A stretch of DNA of 63,962 nucleotides, the filler included, from Octopus bimaculoides (Eukaryota): the NCBI RefSeq assembly GCF_001194135.2. It is 8 parts of 7 records of this genome, joined end to end, with 100 filler letters (N's around TTAATTAATTAA, not from the genome) between each part and the next. Parts side by side here need not be neighbours in the genome. Positions count along the whole stretch, not along the records: positions 1 to 15,405 come from NC_068992.1; 7 more parts are not named here. One strand, given 5' to 3'. The position numbers and the translations under genes are program-made. The notes below the pieces were generated by a model that was not told the origin of the DNA, did no database searches, and was given only the letters and a program-made list of their open reading frames with translations. Positions 1 through 11,376 of the stretch are shown piece by piece. Within the stretch, counting starts at the first letter, position 1. Every line of letters starts with the position of its first letter.

Positions 1-919
1 AGAGGCATAATTTATGTATATATTAAACAGAACAACAAAAAATTATAACAGATGGCAGGGTAGGTAGTTTTCACATTTCTAATGAAGTTCACTGATTTGC
101 AATGTGTTGTCCTGTCTACATAAGCTCCGTAGTTTGTATATTTACAAAACATTGACGAACATGAGTTATATTGTAGTGAATGCTTGTGTGTACATGTGCG
201 CGTATGTGTTTGAGAGAGTGATATAGAAGAGGGAGAGAGGAAGCGAGAGGGGGAGAAAGGAATAGAGAACGGGAGCAATGAAGAGAGAGAAAGAGAGGAA
301 GTAAGAACGGAAGACAGTTATAAAATAGCAATGTGTGCGCGTGTTTATATAAGAAACACACACAAACTAAATATTATATCTACAATGTTGATGTGTGCAT
401 GTGTTTATGTGTGTGTTGTTGTCACAGATCACATATGTGTGGTTGTGTGTGTTTTTACGTTTCTATGTTATGAAAAATATGTTAGAGGTAGAGGGATAGA
501 AGAAAGCTATTAAATGGAAGAGAGGAAGAAGAATGAAGTAAGAGTGAAAAGGTGGATAGAAGGAAAGAATAGACTTAAACCAAATTAATCTATGACCTTG
601 TATGTATCACTTTCTCTCTCTCTCTCCATCTTTTACTCTTACTCTCTATATTATATGTCGAGCGCGTGATCGATGTGTAAGAACGCCGGTACAGATAGAA
701 TGGAAGTAATTTAAAAGTTGCTGGAAACAAAAGCCAAATCTCCCTTATATCACACAAAGTAAACGGAATTTAAAAAATCTAATTACTGCACTGGAAAATT
801 CCATTGATGTAAAAATTTTTACAAAAAAGTGGAAAATGTGGATTTCTATAAACTTTTAAAAAGGCTTAACACAGACACACAACTTCAGCTTTATATATTA
901 AGATATATATAATATATTT

Positions 920-1154
920 ATCAAAAATAAGCAACAAGGATATCCAAAGTTAATGCAGTACGATCATTTCATGCGACTCCATTTATTTAAATAATGTGAA
1001 CATTACATTAAATGTAAAAGGCATTGTCTTTATGCAACTGAGGATTGCTCTGCATTTTCCATTTAATGTAATGTTCACATTGCTTAAATAAATGGAGTCG
1101 CATGAAACGATCGTACTGCATTAACTTTGGATATCCTTGTTGCTTATTTTTGAT
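920..1154. mobile_element. Fold-back / MITE-like inverted repeat
   Basis: Arm 920-~1023 (ATCAAAAATAAGCAACAAGGATATCCAAAGTTAATGCAGTACGATC...) is the near-perfect reverse complement of ~1051-1154; spacer about 27 bp; no clear TSD. Confidence 0.85.
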
Positions 1155-1238
1155 CTTAATCACCTTATTTTTGGAATTGTATGAATAATACCATACTTAA
1201 TTCTGGTGCCTAAACTTAAGTACCATATTCATCTTGAA

Positions 1239-1705
1239 TCTATATAATATATTTATATATAATTTATATACATATAAAATTGAGAATGTATGTCTGTGTG
1301 TCTGTGTGTGTGTGTCTGTGTGAATCCCTAAAACTTCTAAGGAATTTAGATGCTCCAATAATGTGCAATGGTACATGGATGATTATCAAAAAATTGTGCG
1401 CCCAAGTTCTGTACGCAACAATCTTGAATGAACTACCCGCTGGCTAAGACATACTTATAACTTCCATGTCCCTTACCCACTCCGATACGACCTGCAAGTT
1501 TAAACAGATGCAATTTCTCATCAAACTCTGCTTTCTCATGGCAATCAACAAGGTGCAGGGACAATCAGTGCAAGCGGTTGGTTTGAATCTGACAGAGCAA
1601 GTATTCTCACACGCACAACTGTACATTGGCTGTCCTCATGGTCTTTCTATTTGTGCACCCGAGGGAAGGACGAAGAATGTTGTCTACCAAGAGGCACTCC
1701 AATGA
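1239..1705 (+). mobile_element. Non-autonomous Helitron remnant: 5' terminus fused to C-terminal Pif1-like helicase fragment
   Basis: A|TC start at 1239, then AT/TG-rich leader. Frame 1340-1705 reads RNLDAPIMCNGTWMIIKKL...*...KFKQMQFLIKLCFLMAINKVQGQSVQAVGLNLTEQVFSHAQLY...PEGRTKNVVYQEALQ*, matching the Helitron helicase C-terminus (RNLxxxxLCNGT, FAMTINKxQGQS, VFSHGQLY); one in-frame stop. 3' CTRR end not found. Confidence 0.85.
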
Positions 1706-1990
1706 TAACAATGGCAACTTCAACTGCTCCAATTTCAACTCTGCAATTTTTTCATCATCCTGCCAGCCCACGTTAGTCCAGTCTTGCTTTNNNNNNNNNN
1801 NNNNNNNNNNNNNNNNNNNNNNNNNNNNNNNNNNNNNNNNNNNNNNNNNNNNNNNNNNNNNNNNNNNNNNNNNNNNNNNNNNNNNNNNNNNNNNNNNNNN
1901 NNNNNNNNNNNNNNNNNNNNNNNNNNNNNNNNNNNNNNNNNNNNNNNNNNNNNNNNNNNNNNNNNNNNNNNNNNNNNNNNNNNNNNNNNN

Positions 1991-2021
<31 letters not shown>

Positions 2022-2109
2022 ATATATATATGTATGTATATATATATGTATGTATATGTGTGTGTGTATGTATATATATATATATGTGTGTGTGTGTGAG
2101 TGTGTGTAT

Positions 2110-2297
2110 ATCTGTTATTCTTTTACCCAGTCATTTGACTGAGCTATGTTGGAGCACCACCTGTAGTTGAATAAATCGACCCATGGACTTATTCCTTGTA
2201 AGCCAAGTACTTATCCTATCAGTGTCTTTTGCCAAACCATTAGGTTACGAGGATGTAAGCACACCTACATCAGTTGTCAAGCGATGGTGGGGGTAGA

Positions 2298-2333
<36 letters not shown>

Positions 2334-2371
2334 AATATATACATAGACAGTGTTGGAACTCTTTTAAACAA

Positions 2372-2406
<35 letters not shown>

Positions 2407-2560
2407 ATGGGCTTCTTTCAGTTTCCATTTACCAAATCTACTCACAAGGCTTTGGTCAGCTTGAGGCTATAGTAGAAGACACTTGCCCAAGTTGCCATGC
2501 AGTGGGACTGAACCCAGAACCATGTGGTTGGGAAGCACGTTTCTTGCTACACAGCCACAA
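2110..2560 (-). mobile_element. tRNA-derived SINE family S1 with internal (CA)n/(TA)n
   Basis: Reverse complement has a tRNA-like head (TGTGGCTGTGTAG...GGGTTCAGTCCC), GCCTTGTGAGT-GATTTGGTA body, microsatellite slot and 3' body; homologous to 20823-21335 and 39737-40165. Confidence 0.8.
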
Positions 2561-2974
2561 ATCAACAAAAAAATGTACTCTATCCAGCAAGAGGTAAATA
2601 TCATTTAGTAAGTATATGTATTACAAAAGAGCTATTAATATTTTCATGTTTTATGAGACATTAAATTGGCAGATTTATATAACATGCCAAGCATCGTCAA
2701 GCAATCTGCCACTTAAATGTATCTCCCCTATTGAAACTAGTACGTACTAGTGCATACTTTCAACATAGCTCTCAGGCATGACATAGAATGTGACAAAGCT
2801 GGCCCTTTGAAACCCAGTTACTACTCATTTTTGTAAGCTGAGTAGACTAGAGCAACATGAAATAAAGCGTCTTGCTCAATGAGACAGTGCACAGATAGGT
2901 ATCGAACACATAGCTTTATGGTCATGAGCCAGATACCCCAACCACTTGGCTGCATGTCTACATACATGGAAGTG

Positions 2975-3612
2975 GTAAGTGTAGGAAGACATGGAATGAG
3001 GTGGTAAAGCATGATCTTTGAACATTAGGCCTCAGAAAGCCAATGACTAGTGACCAAGACCTTTGGCGATATGCTGTGCTTGAGAAGGCCCATCAAATCA
3101 AATGAATTGGCCCATCAAATCAATTGCACTCATGCCAGTGGCACATAAAAAGCACCTTTCAAGCATTAAGCCTCATGGAGGTTGATATTCATGTTGCATA
3201 ACTAGCACCTGTGATGGAGGCACATGAAAAGCACCTTTTGAGCGTTGGGTCTCAGGGGTATTGTGCCCAGTGTCACATAACTAGCACCTGTACCAGTGAT
3301 ATGTAAAAAGCACTTTTTGAATGTTGGACCTCACAGAAGCAATGACAAATGACCAAGACCTTTGGCAATGTGCCGTGCTTGAATAGAAGACCCATCAAGC
3401 CAAGAAAAATTGTAGTCATGACAGACACTGGTGTCATACAACTGGTACCCATTACACTCTCTGAATGGTTAGCCTTTAGGAAAGGCATCCAGCTGTAGAA
3501 AACATACCAAATCAGACTGGAGTCTGGTATAGCCACTCAGCTTGTCAGCCCTTGTCAAACTGTCCAACCCATGCCAACATGGACAATGGATATTAAATGA
3601 TGATGATGACGA
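2975..3612 (+). mobile_element. 5'-truncated RTE LINE 3' end
   Basis: Encodes RKTWNEVVKHDL*TLGL..MTSDQDLWRYAVLEK, like the C-terminus of the RTE at 10224-10445; followed by repetitive 3' UTR and ...CCAACCCATGCCAACATGGA...TTAAATGATGATGATG tail. Confidence 0.85.
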
Positions 3613-3867
3613 TTATATATATATATGGCTGAGTGGTAATAAGCTTGCTTCCCAACCACTTGGTTTCAGGTTCAGGCCTACTGCATAGCACCTTGAGTAA
3701 GTGTCTTCTACTATAGCCTTGGGTCAACCAAAGCCCTGTGAGTGGATTTGGTAGACAGGGACTGAAAGAAGCCAATTGTGTGTGTGTATGCATGTATACA
3801 TCTATATACATGAGTGAGTAGATAAACGAATGAAGGACACTCAACAAATTACGTGGGAGTTACATGT

Positions 3868-3966
3868 ATGGATCAAAACAGTTTGATTCAAATTCAAAAT
3901 GGCTGAAGACTAGAATTGTGCTTGAAACTTAAGAGTACCAACAAATTTGAATCAGACTGTTTTGAT

Positions 3967-3970
<4 letters not shown>
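3868..3970. mobile_element. Internally deleted palindromic MITE (same family as 53318-53486)
   Basis: Termini ATGGATCAAAACAGTTTGATTCAAATT / AATTTGAATCAGACTGTTTTGATCCAT are inverted; same body and same ~50 bp upstream flank as the 53.3 kb copy. Confidence 0.75.
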
Positions 3971-4012
<42 letters not shown>

Positions 4013-4101
4013 GAAGAAGGAATTCTAATTCCAAAATATCATCGGACTATGGTAAAAAAACTAATTACTATTTTTCTGATATTCGGAGGCCATTTACAAA
4101 A

Positions 4102-5430
4102 ATGGATTTGAATTTGTTGTCGAATGTCGACTTTCAGTTCTTAGAGGAGGATTTCCCGGTCATGAAAGAAAGTAACCAAGTTCATAACCAAGAAGGAATG
4201 GAAAAGCCAAGTTTTTCTGCTGCTGTCAGTGGCAATTTCTGTGAATTGGAGGTATCTAAGGAACATTTATTTAAGTTTCAAAATCATATAAAGAAAAGTG
4301 GCAACGAAACCAAACTTCTGCCACCACAGGACATGATACAAAATTTAACTGCCAGAACAGTAGTATACAAAATATACAACCGTAAAGAAAAAAGAATAAT
4401 GTCAGTGAAGAATGAGGTTGTAGAGAAGTGCCTCTATGGGGAAAAATTACTTATGTTGGTCGAGGACCAAGAAGTGCCACTATTGAGGCGCAATTTGAAA
4501 ACGCTGAAATATCAAAAGAAATATTGACTCAAACGCTAAAATATGAGGAGATAATGTTGCTCCCGACCTACCTAGGCAAGAGGACTGCAAAAATAACGAT
4601 AGATGAGATACCAGCTGGTTATGATGTAACCTGGATGGCAGCGGCCATAATTTACGACGCAGAAGAAGAAATATCAATACTGCAAATGAAAAAGTGAGAG
4701 GCTCTAAACTGGAAAAGCCAAACACACAAGATGATAGTTCAAGCCTCAAACGAAATACTCGAATTAAGGCCCGACTGTATTTTTTTAGGGGAGGGACTAA
4801 GTGCTAGAGATGCTTCAAATGTGGAGAAAAAGGGCACGTCCACTTGGAGCACGAAAAAGTTAAAAAACAACAACAGAAAAAGGCTGAGGTCCCTCCCCAA
4901 AAAGAAAGTAACAAGAAAGTAACGGAAAGCAACACAGAAAAAGTGGAGGAAAGGAAAATACAAAACGTAGAAGACACACAACAGAAGAAAGTCAAAGAGG
5001 AAACGGAGTTTACCACAGTGGTTTCACATAAAAGAAAGAAGTCATGCCCCAGACTCCCCTCCCCTGACAAAGAAGACATCTACACAAAACGCAAACATAC
5101 AGAAAAAACTACCCAATCCACCCCTAAGTCAAAACCTGCCACCAACCCCATCCCAAAAAATGCACTAGGAGAAAGGATTGTGAAGTACAATGAGAAAAGT
5201 GGTGTTCTACAAAGAGTATTAACTGTGAATAAAAAAACCTATACTTTTCAATCGATACAAGGTATCATTATATTTTGTATCTTTTCATTTGTCTTGCTTG
5301 CTTGTGTTCCGGCATTTGCTGAATTTTCTTGAGAACAATCTTCACTTAGTGGCCAGACCCTATGGGGTCTACATCTAGCATATTGGATGTCCACTTAGTG
5401 GTCATCCCTCTTATATGTATGTAATATAAT
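4102..5430 (+). mobile_element. Decayed Gag-like ORF1 of a Tx1/L1-group non-LTR element, without ORF2
   Basis: ORFs 4102-4527, 4428-4697, 4731-4922 and 4844-5332 join via frameshifts/stop; zinc knuckle RCFKCGEKGHVHLEH at 4808-4852 (last Cys lost); Lys/Glu-rich tail; 3' UTR-like region with small hairpins at 5340-5410. Confidence 0.65.
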
Positions 5431-5682
5431 TTTTCTGAATCTTCAGATTTTTTCAGTATGCTAGGCCACTTTGATATTAATCAAATTAATATTTCGTTTT
5501 TGGATTTGGTTTGCAAGATTCTTTATGTGAGTTTGTGTGTTGAAGCATATTCTGTTGTCTGGGGAGAGTCATTTCTTTCTTGTTCCTTATAATTTAACAC
5601 ACTCACTGGTGAAATTTCCACTTATTCCTTATTTTTACTTTCCTAAAATTTTCGTTGCATCTTGCAACCTTTTCAATAGTCT

Positions 5683-5743
5683 TGACTCTGTCCGTTATTT
5701 ACACTGCGTTCCTTTTTGTTTGTTTGTGCACATGTGGGTGGGT

Positions 5744-5774
<31 letters not shown>

Positions 5775-6322
5775 CCTATGCATGCATGTATGTATGCATG
5801 TGTGTGTATGTATATATGTGTGTGTATGCACATGTATATATGTATGTATGTGCATCTGTATGTATGTATTCTGCATATTCATGTGCTTGCATCTCCATGT
5901 TTGTGTATTTTTTATGTATGTGTGTGTGTGAGTGTGTGTGTGTGAGTGTGTGTTTGCACCTCTGTCTCCTTGTGTGTGCATGTCTGTGTGTGTGTGTGTT
6001 TTGCAACTAAGTATAATGTTTGTATGTATGGATGTGCATCTCCATATGTGTGGACACATGTCTTCATATGTGTTCTTGTGTGCAGTAAAGTGTGTGTGTG
6101 TATATATGGTCATGTGTTTCAGTCTCCATTTGTGTATGTGCGCTTGTCTGTTCATATAACTTATGTATTTATCCGTCTGTATGTTGATCTGCATACACAC
6201 ACATATATACATACACACATATGCATACATACATGCATGCATGCACAGACACACACACACACTGACCCACACACATGCGCACAAACAAATAAAAAGGAAC
6301 GCAGTATAAATAAGGACAGAGT
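5683..6322. repeat. Inverted repeat, ~140 bp arms, ~360 bp low-complexity spacer
   Basis: 5683-5830 (ACTCTGTCCGTTATTTACACTGCGTTCCTTTTTGTTTGTTTGTGCACATGTG...) is the reverse complement of 6190-6322 (...CACATGCGCACAAACAAATAAAAAGGAACGCAGTATAAATAAGGACAGAGT); right arm runs into an N gap. Confidence 0.8.
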
Positions 6323-7083
6323 NNNNNNNNNNNNNNNNNNNNNNNNNNNNNNNNNNNNNNNNNNNNNNNNNNNNNNNNNNNNNNNNNNNNNNNNNNNNNN
6401 NNNNNNNNNNNNNNNNNNNNNNTATATATATGCATATGTGAACATACTATTCAAATCCATATATAACTATTTATCTGCTTATCTATTTACTTGCTTATTT
6501 ACACTTATGTATGCATACACAAATATGCTATTATAATCAATATGTAACTGTTGACCTATGTATCTATTTACTTATTTATTTATATACGTATTTATGTATG
6601 CTTCTATATGTGTATATATACGTATACAACTCAAAATTTCCATAACACTTGCATAACAGTATGTATTTTCTGATATAAATAAACATATCCTTTTTCTAAC
6701 ATATCCTTAGTAACGTTTACTAACATTTGAACATACACACTTGGCAACATAAATAACTGTCTCACTATTATTTAATTATTATTTGATTAATTTTATTTGT
6801 TTTTCATTGGTGACCAAATCTACATAGATTTATAAATACAAACATTGTAATACTGGTTGAAAATTTACACCATTATCTCCCCTCTTACATATTTTTTAAA
6901 TATAAAGACAAAGTGAACTAAATAAAACATGCATAATTACATATGTATATATATATGAGTGTGATGTATATACATATGAGTGGATATATTTACGGGTACA
7001 TGTATATGTATGTGTGTATGTATGTTTATATGATTGTCTGTGTATTTATATACATGTATGTGTATGTGTGTGAGTGTATATAT

Positions 7084-7134
<51 letters not shown>

Positions 7135-7136
7135 CA

Positions 7137-7803
7137 TACAAAATATTCTATAATTATATACATAATTATAATCAGGGGTCAGCTAAGTGCCTCGCTACAT
7201 ACTGAATTAGAAATAGACGCTAATGTCTTTTCAATTACCATAAAAATCTCCAAGACAAAAACATACATTTTTATGTTGCTAAAATGAAAAATGATGAAAC
7301 CACACGACTTCAGTTAACTACAGACGTATTTTGAATTTAAAGTGAATTACATTTACCTATTATTCTCCTCAGTGTGGTACTTCAAGTTATAAATTTACAA
7401 GTGTTAAGAGTAAATATGTACTTGATCAATCGTCATCGCATAACTAATATTCAACTGCACTCCTAAAAATATACAGCCAAATGTGATACATTTTTATCTT
7501 CTATACCCACGTGTGTACTACAACCTATCCCGCAGAAAAACTGCAGTTTTGATCATGAAGTAAATTATAATTTTAATAATAATATAGGGTAAAATTAATT
7601 AATTAATTATTAATAATTTTACTAAGTAGTCAGTGCATTAAAAAAACCTTTTCAGATGTATTATACAAAATATTCTGTAAATATATACATAATTATAATC
7701 AGGGGTCAGCTAAGTGCCTTGCCATATACTGAATTAGGAATAGACACTAATGTCTTTTCAACTACCATAAAAATCTCCAAGACAAAACACATTTTTTATG
7801 TAG
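7137..7803 (+). repeat. Direct duplication of a ~140 bp unit
   Basis: 7137-7280 and 7663-7803 both read ACAAAATATTCT...TACATAATTATAATCAGGGGTCAGCTAAGTGCC...CATAAAAATCTCCAAGACAAAA with scattered substitutions. Confidence 0.85.
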
Positions 7804-7931
7804 GTAAAAAGAAAAATTTGACCCTGTATTATTATTGTGTATATGTTTGAGTCTATGCATACATATGTGCATGCTTATACAGATGTAGGTACATGCCTGC
7901 ATGTATGTGTATATGTATGTACGCATGTATG

Positions 7932-7986
<55 letters not shown>

Positions 7987-8905
7987 GCATAGAAGGTTGT
8001 TTGTGTATGTATATTTGTATGTGTGCATACATGTATGGGTGTGTGTGTGTGTGTGTATGTATTTGTGTTCAGACATGACAATTTTTAGAAACCATTATGC
8101 ACTTCCCTAGAAATGGTATAGGGTATGTATTACTTATTATTCAAAATTCCACTAACCAATTGAATTTAACTGATCAATATGTATCAATTTCTTCTTAGGG
8201 ATGATGAATGATAAAAGTGCAAATGTATTTATATGTGCATATATATATATATATATATATGAAAATCCACAATCACATATAGAAAAATTTTATAAGTAAA
8301 TTCACTAAAAAGNNNNNNNNNNNNNNNNNNNNNNNNNNNNNNNNNNNNNNNGACTTATATATATATAGATAGGATGATAAATTGACCATTAATTCAATTT
8401 AAAACCAAGTGGCCTAGCATATAAAGAAATCTGAAAATTCAGAAAAATTCAGAAAAAATTCAGAATACATATATATGTCTGTCTGACTGTCTGTCTGTCT
8501 GTATGTATGTATGTACGTATGTATGTATGTATTTATATATGTATATATGTGTGCATTTAAGTGTGTCCGCATATGTATATGTCAACATGAATATGGATTA
8601 ATCTATCTGTGCATACGTACTCTAATTCTATATACTTAATCTATCCTACCTCCAACTATCCTGCAAACCCCTCACCCAAATACATAAACAGTTTCATTTA
8701 ATCTGCTGCAATAAATTTACAAACAAACATACATAACATCTAAGAGTATATTTTTTCCCCTCTGAAGAGATTATGCTCAGAAATAGGAATTTGATATTCA
8801 ATTAACTTCACTGTGTATAATTGAAACAGTCGTAAGGGATAATGATCAATTGTTGCTGATAATAAACTCTTATTAACTCCAAAATCTCCATTGTCTTCTT
8901 TTTTG

Positions 8906-8941
<36 letters not shown>

Positions 8942-9062
8942 TGTTTCTTGCTTTTAGCCCTATATAAAATAAGTTTTTGCATGCGTGTGTATGTGTGCAG
9001 GGTTGTTGTGTACATGTGAGTGTGGATGTGTATGCGTGTATATAGATATATATGCATATGTA

Positions 9063-11072
9063 CATCATCATCATCATCATCGTTTAACGTCTGCTTTCCA
9101 TGCTAGCATGGGTTGGACGATTTGACTGAGGACTGGTGAACCAGATGGCTACACCAGACTCCAATCTGATTTGGCAGAGTTTCTACAGCTGGATGCCCTT
9201 CCTAACACCAACCACTCCGAGAGTGTAGTGGGTGCTTTTACGTGCCACTGGCACGAAGGCCAGTCAGGAGGTACTGGCAACGACCATGCTCGAAATGGTG
9301 TATTTTATGTGCCACCTGCACAGGAGCCAGTCCAGTGGTACTGGCAATGAACTCGCTCGAATGTCTTTTCACNNNNNNNNNNNNNNNNNNNNNNNNNNNN
9401 NNNNNNNNNNNNNNNNNNNNNNNNNNNNNNNNNNNNNNNNNNNNNNNNNNNNNNNNNNNNNNNNNNNNNNNNNNNNNNNNNNNNNNNNNNNNNNNNNNNN
9501 NNNNNNNNNNNNNNNNNNNNNNNNNNNNNNNNNNNNNNNNNNNNNNNNNNNNNNNNNNNNNNNNNNNNNNNNNNNNNNNNNNNNNNNNNNNNNNNNNNNN
9601 NNNNNNNNNNNNNNNNNNNNNNNNNNNNNNNNNNNNNNNNNNNNNNNNNNNNNNNNNNNNNNNNNNNNNNNNNNNNNNNNNNNNNNNNNNNNNNNNNNNN
9701 NNNNNNNNNNNNNNNNNNNNNNNNNNNNNNNNNNNNNNNNNNNNNNNNNNNNNNNNNNNNNNNNNNNNNNNNNNNNNNNNNNNNNNNNNNNNNNNNNNNN
9801 NNNNNNNNNNNNNNNNNNNNNNNNNNNNNNNNNNNNNNNNNNNNNNNNNNNNNNNNNNNNNNNNNNNNNNNNNNNNNNNNNNNNNNNNNNNNNNNNNNNN
9901 NNNNNNNNNNNNNNNNNNNNNNNNNNNNNNNNNNNNNNNNNNNNNNNNNNNNNNNNNNNNNNNNNNNNNNNNNNNNNNNNNNNNNNNNNNNNNNNNNNNN
10001 NNNNNNNNNNNGATTTCGCTTTCGCTTGCCCCAACTGGTCTTCGCAAGCCGAGTTTAGTGTTGAATGAAGAGACGTTGGCATGGGTGTCAGTCTACAGAT
10101 TTAGTTCGATTTCGATTTCACTTGCCTCAACAGGTCTTCGCAAGTGGAGTTTAGTGTCCAATGAAGGAATGTTACACGTAAGTCAGCTGGCTACATCCCA
10201 GGCAGAGGCCTTGGATTTTGGTCTCACTTGGCTTGCCAGGTCTTCTCATGCACAGCATATTTCCAAAGGTCTCGGTCAGAAGTCATTGCCTCAATGAGGC
10301 CTAATGTTCGGAGGTCGTGCTTTACCACCTCAACCCAGGTCTTCCTGGGCCTACCTCTTCCACGGGTTCCCTCAACCGCTAGGGTGTGGCACTTTTTCAC
10401 ACAGCTATCCTCATTCATTCTCACCACATGACCATACCAGCGCAATCATCTCTCTTGCACACCACAACTGATGCTTCTTAGGTTCAACTTTTCTCTCAAG
10501 ATACTTACACTCTGACGGGTATGCAGACTGACATTACACATCCATCGGAGCATACTGGCTTCATTCCTTGTGAGCTTACGCATGTCCTCAGCAGTCACAG
10601 CCCATGTTTCACTGCCCTGTAGCATGGCTGTTCGTACACATGCGTCATACAGTCTGCCTTTTACTCTGAGTGAGAGGCCCTTTGTTGCCAGCAGAGGTAA
10701 GAGCTCTCTGAACTTTGCCCAGGCTATTCTTATTCTAGCAGATACACTTTCAGCGCACCCTCCCCCACTACTAACTTGGTCACCTAGATATCGAAAGCTA
10801 TCAACTACGTCCAGTTTTTCTCCCTGGAATGTGACAGAAGTTGTTTTCTGCACATTTTCAGTGTTTATTGCACCTGAACATCTGTCACATACAAAAACTA
10901 ACTTCCTAGTTGACCTGCCTTTAATATTGCTACACCTCTTATGTGTCCATGGCTTGCACTGGGTACATCTTATAGAGTTTCTACCTACACGTTTTCTACA
11001 GATCGAACAGGGCCATCTACCTGAAGGGGATTGTGTTTTGTCTACCTTCCTACTTATTAAGACTTTGGTTTT
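9063..11072 (-). mobile_element. RTE-clade LINE, 5'-truncated, ORF2 C-terminus with PHD finger, long 3' UTR and (GAT)n tail
   Basis: KTKV...PHD...EKLDVVDSFRYLGDQV...RIRIAWAKFRELLPLL...CVRTAMLQGSETW...(CGA>TGA at 10446)LRWYGHVVRM...RGRGRPRKTW; 3' end with (CAT)n on + strand at ~9063. Continuity assumed across N gap 9373-10010. Confidence 0.9.
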
Positions 11073-11074
11073 AT

Positions 11075-11336
11075 ATATATATGTATAGTCTTTGGCGAGT
11101 ATGTGGGTGAGCATGTGTGTGTTTAAAGCGAGGGTGGTTTTAGTATATAAATATAGGTGAATGTACGGATTGGTGTGCTTACGCGAACCTATAGACTTCT
11201 CTACTCCCTTACCTTTACCTTACTTAGCAGTCTATTAGCTCTTTTGTCCTATTGACGGTCACCACACAGTAATTTCCCTTTGTTTAATAGTCATTTTTCA
11301 CAGGAATTTTCAATGGCCAGATAACTGAAGAGATGT
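11075..11336 (+). mobile_element. Penelope pLTR-like repeat (same family as 44690-44995)
   Basis: Reverse complement of 44735-44995; ends in GATAACTGAAGAGATGT, the 5' half of the hammerhead-like motif seen complete in the other copy, cut here by an N gap. Confidence 0.65.
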
Positions 11337-11376
11337 NNNNNNNNNNCAGTTCTATATTTCAGAGATGAGGAATTAT

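Noticed and set aside
5537-6536. Cys/Val/Tyr-rich and His/Thr-rich ORFs (and many similar ones elsewhere)
   Set aside because: (TG)n/(TA)n/(CA)n translations without splice or homology support.
8760-8790. CTGAAGAG-ATTATG-CTC-AGAAAT hammerhead look-alike
   Set aside because: Only a 3-bp stem II, misregistered GAAA and no stem I or III.
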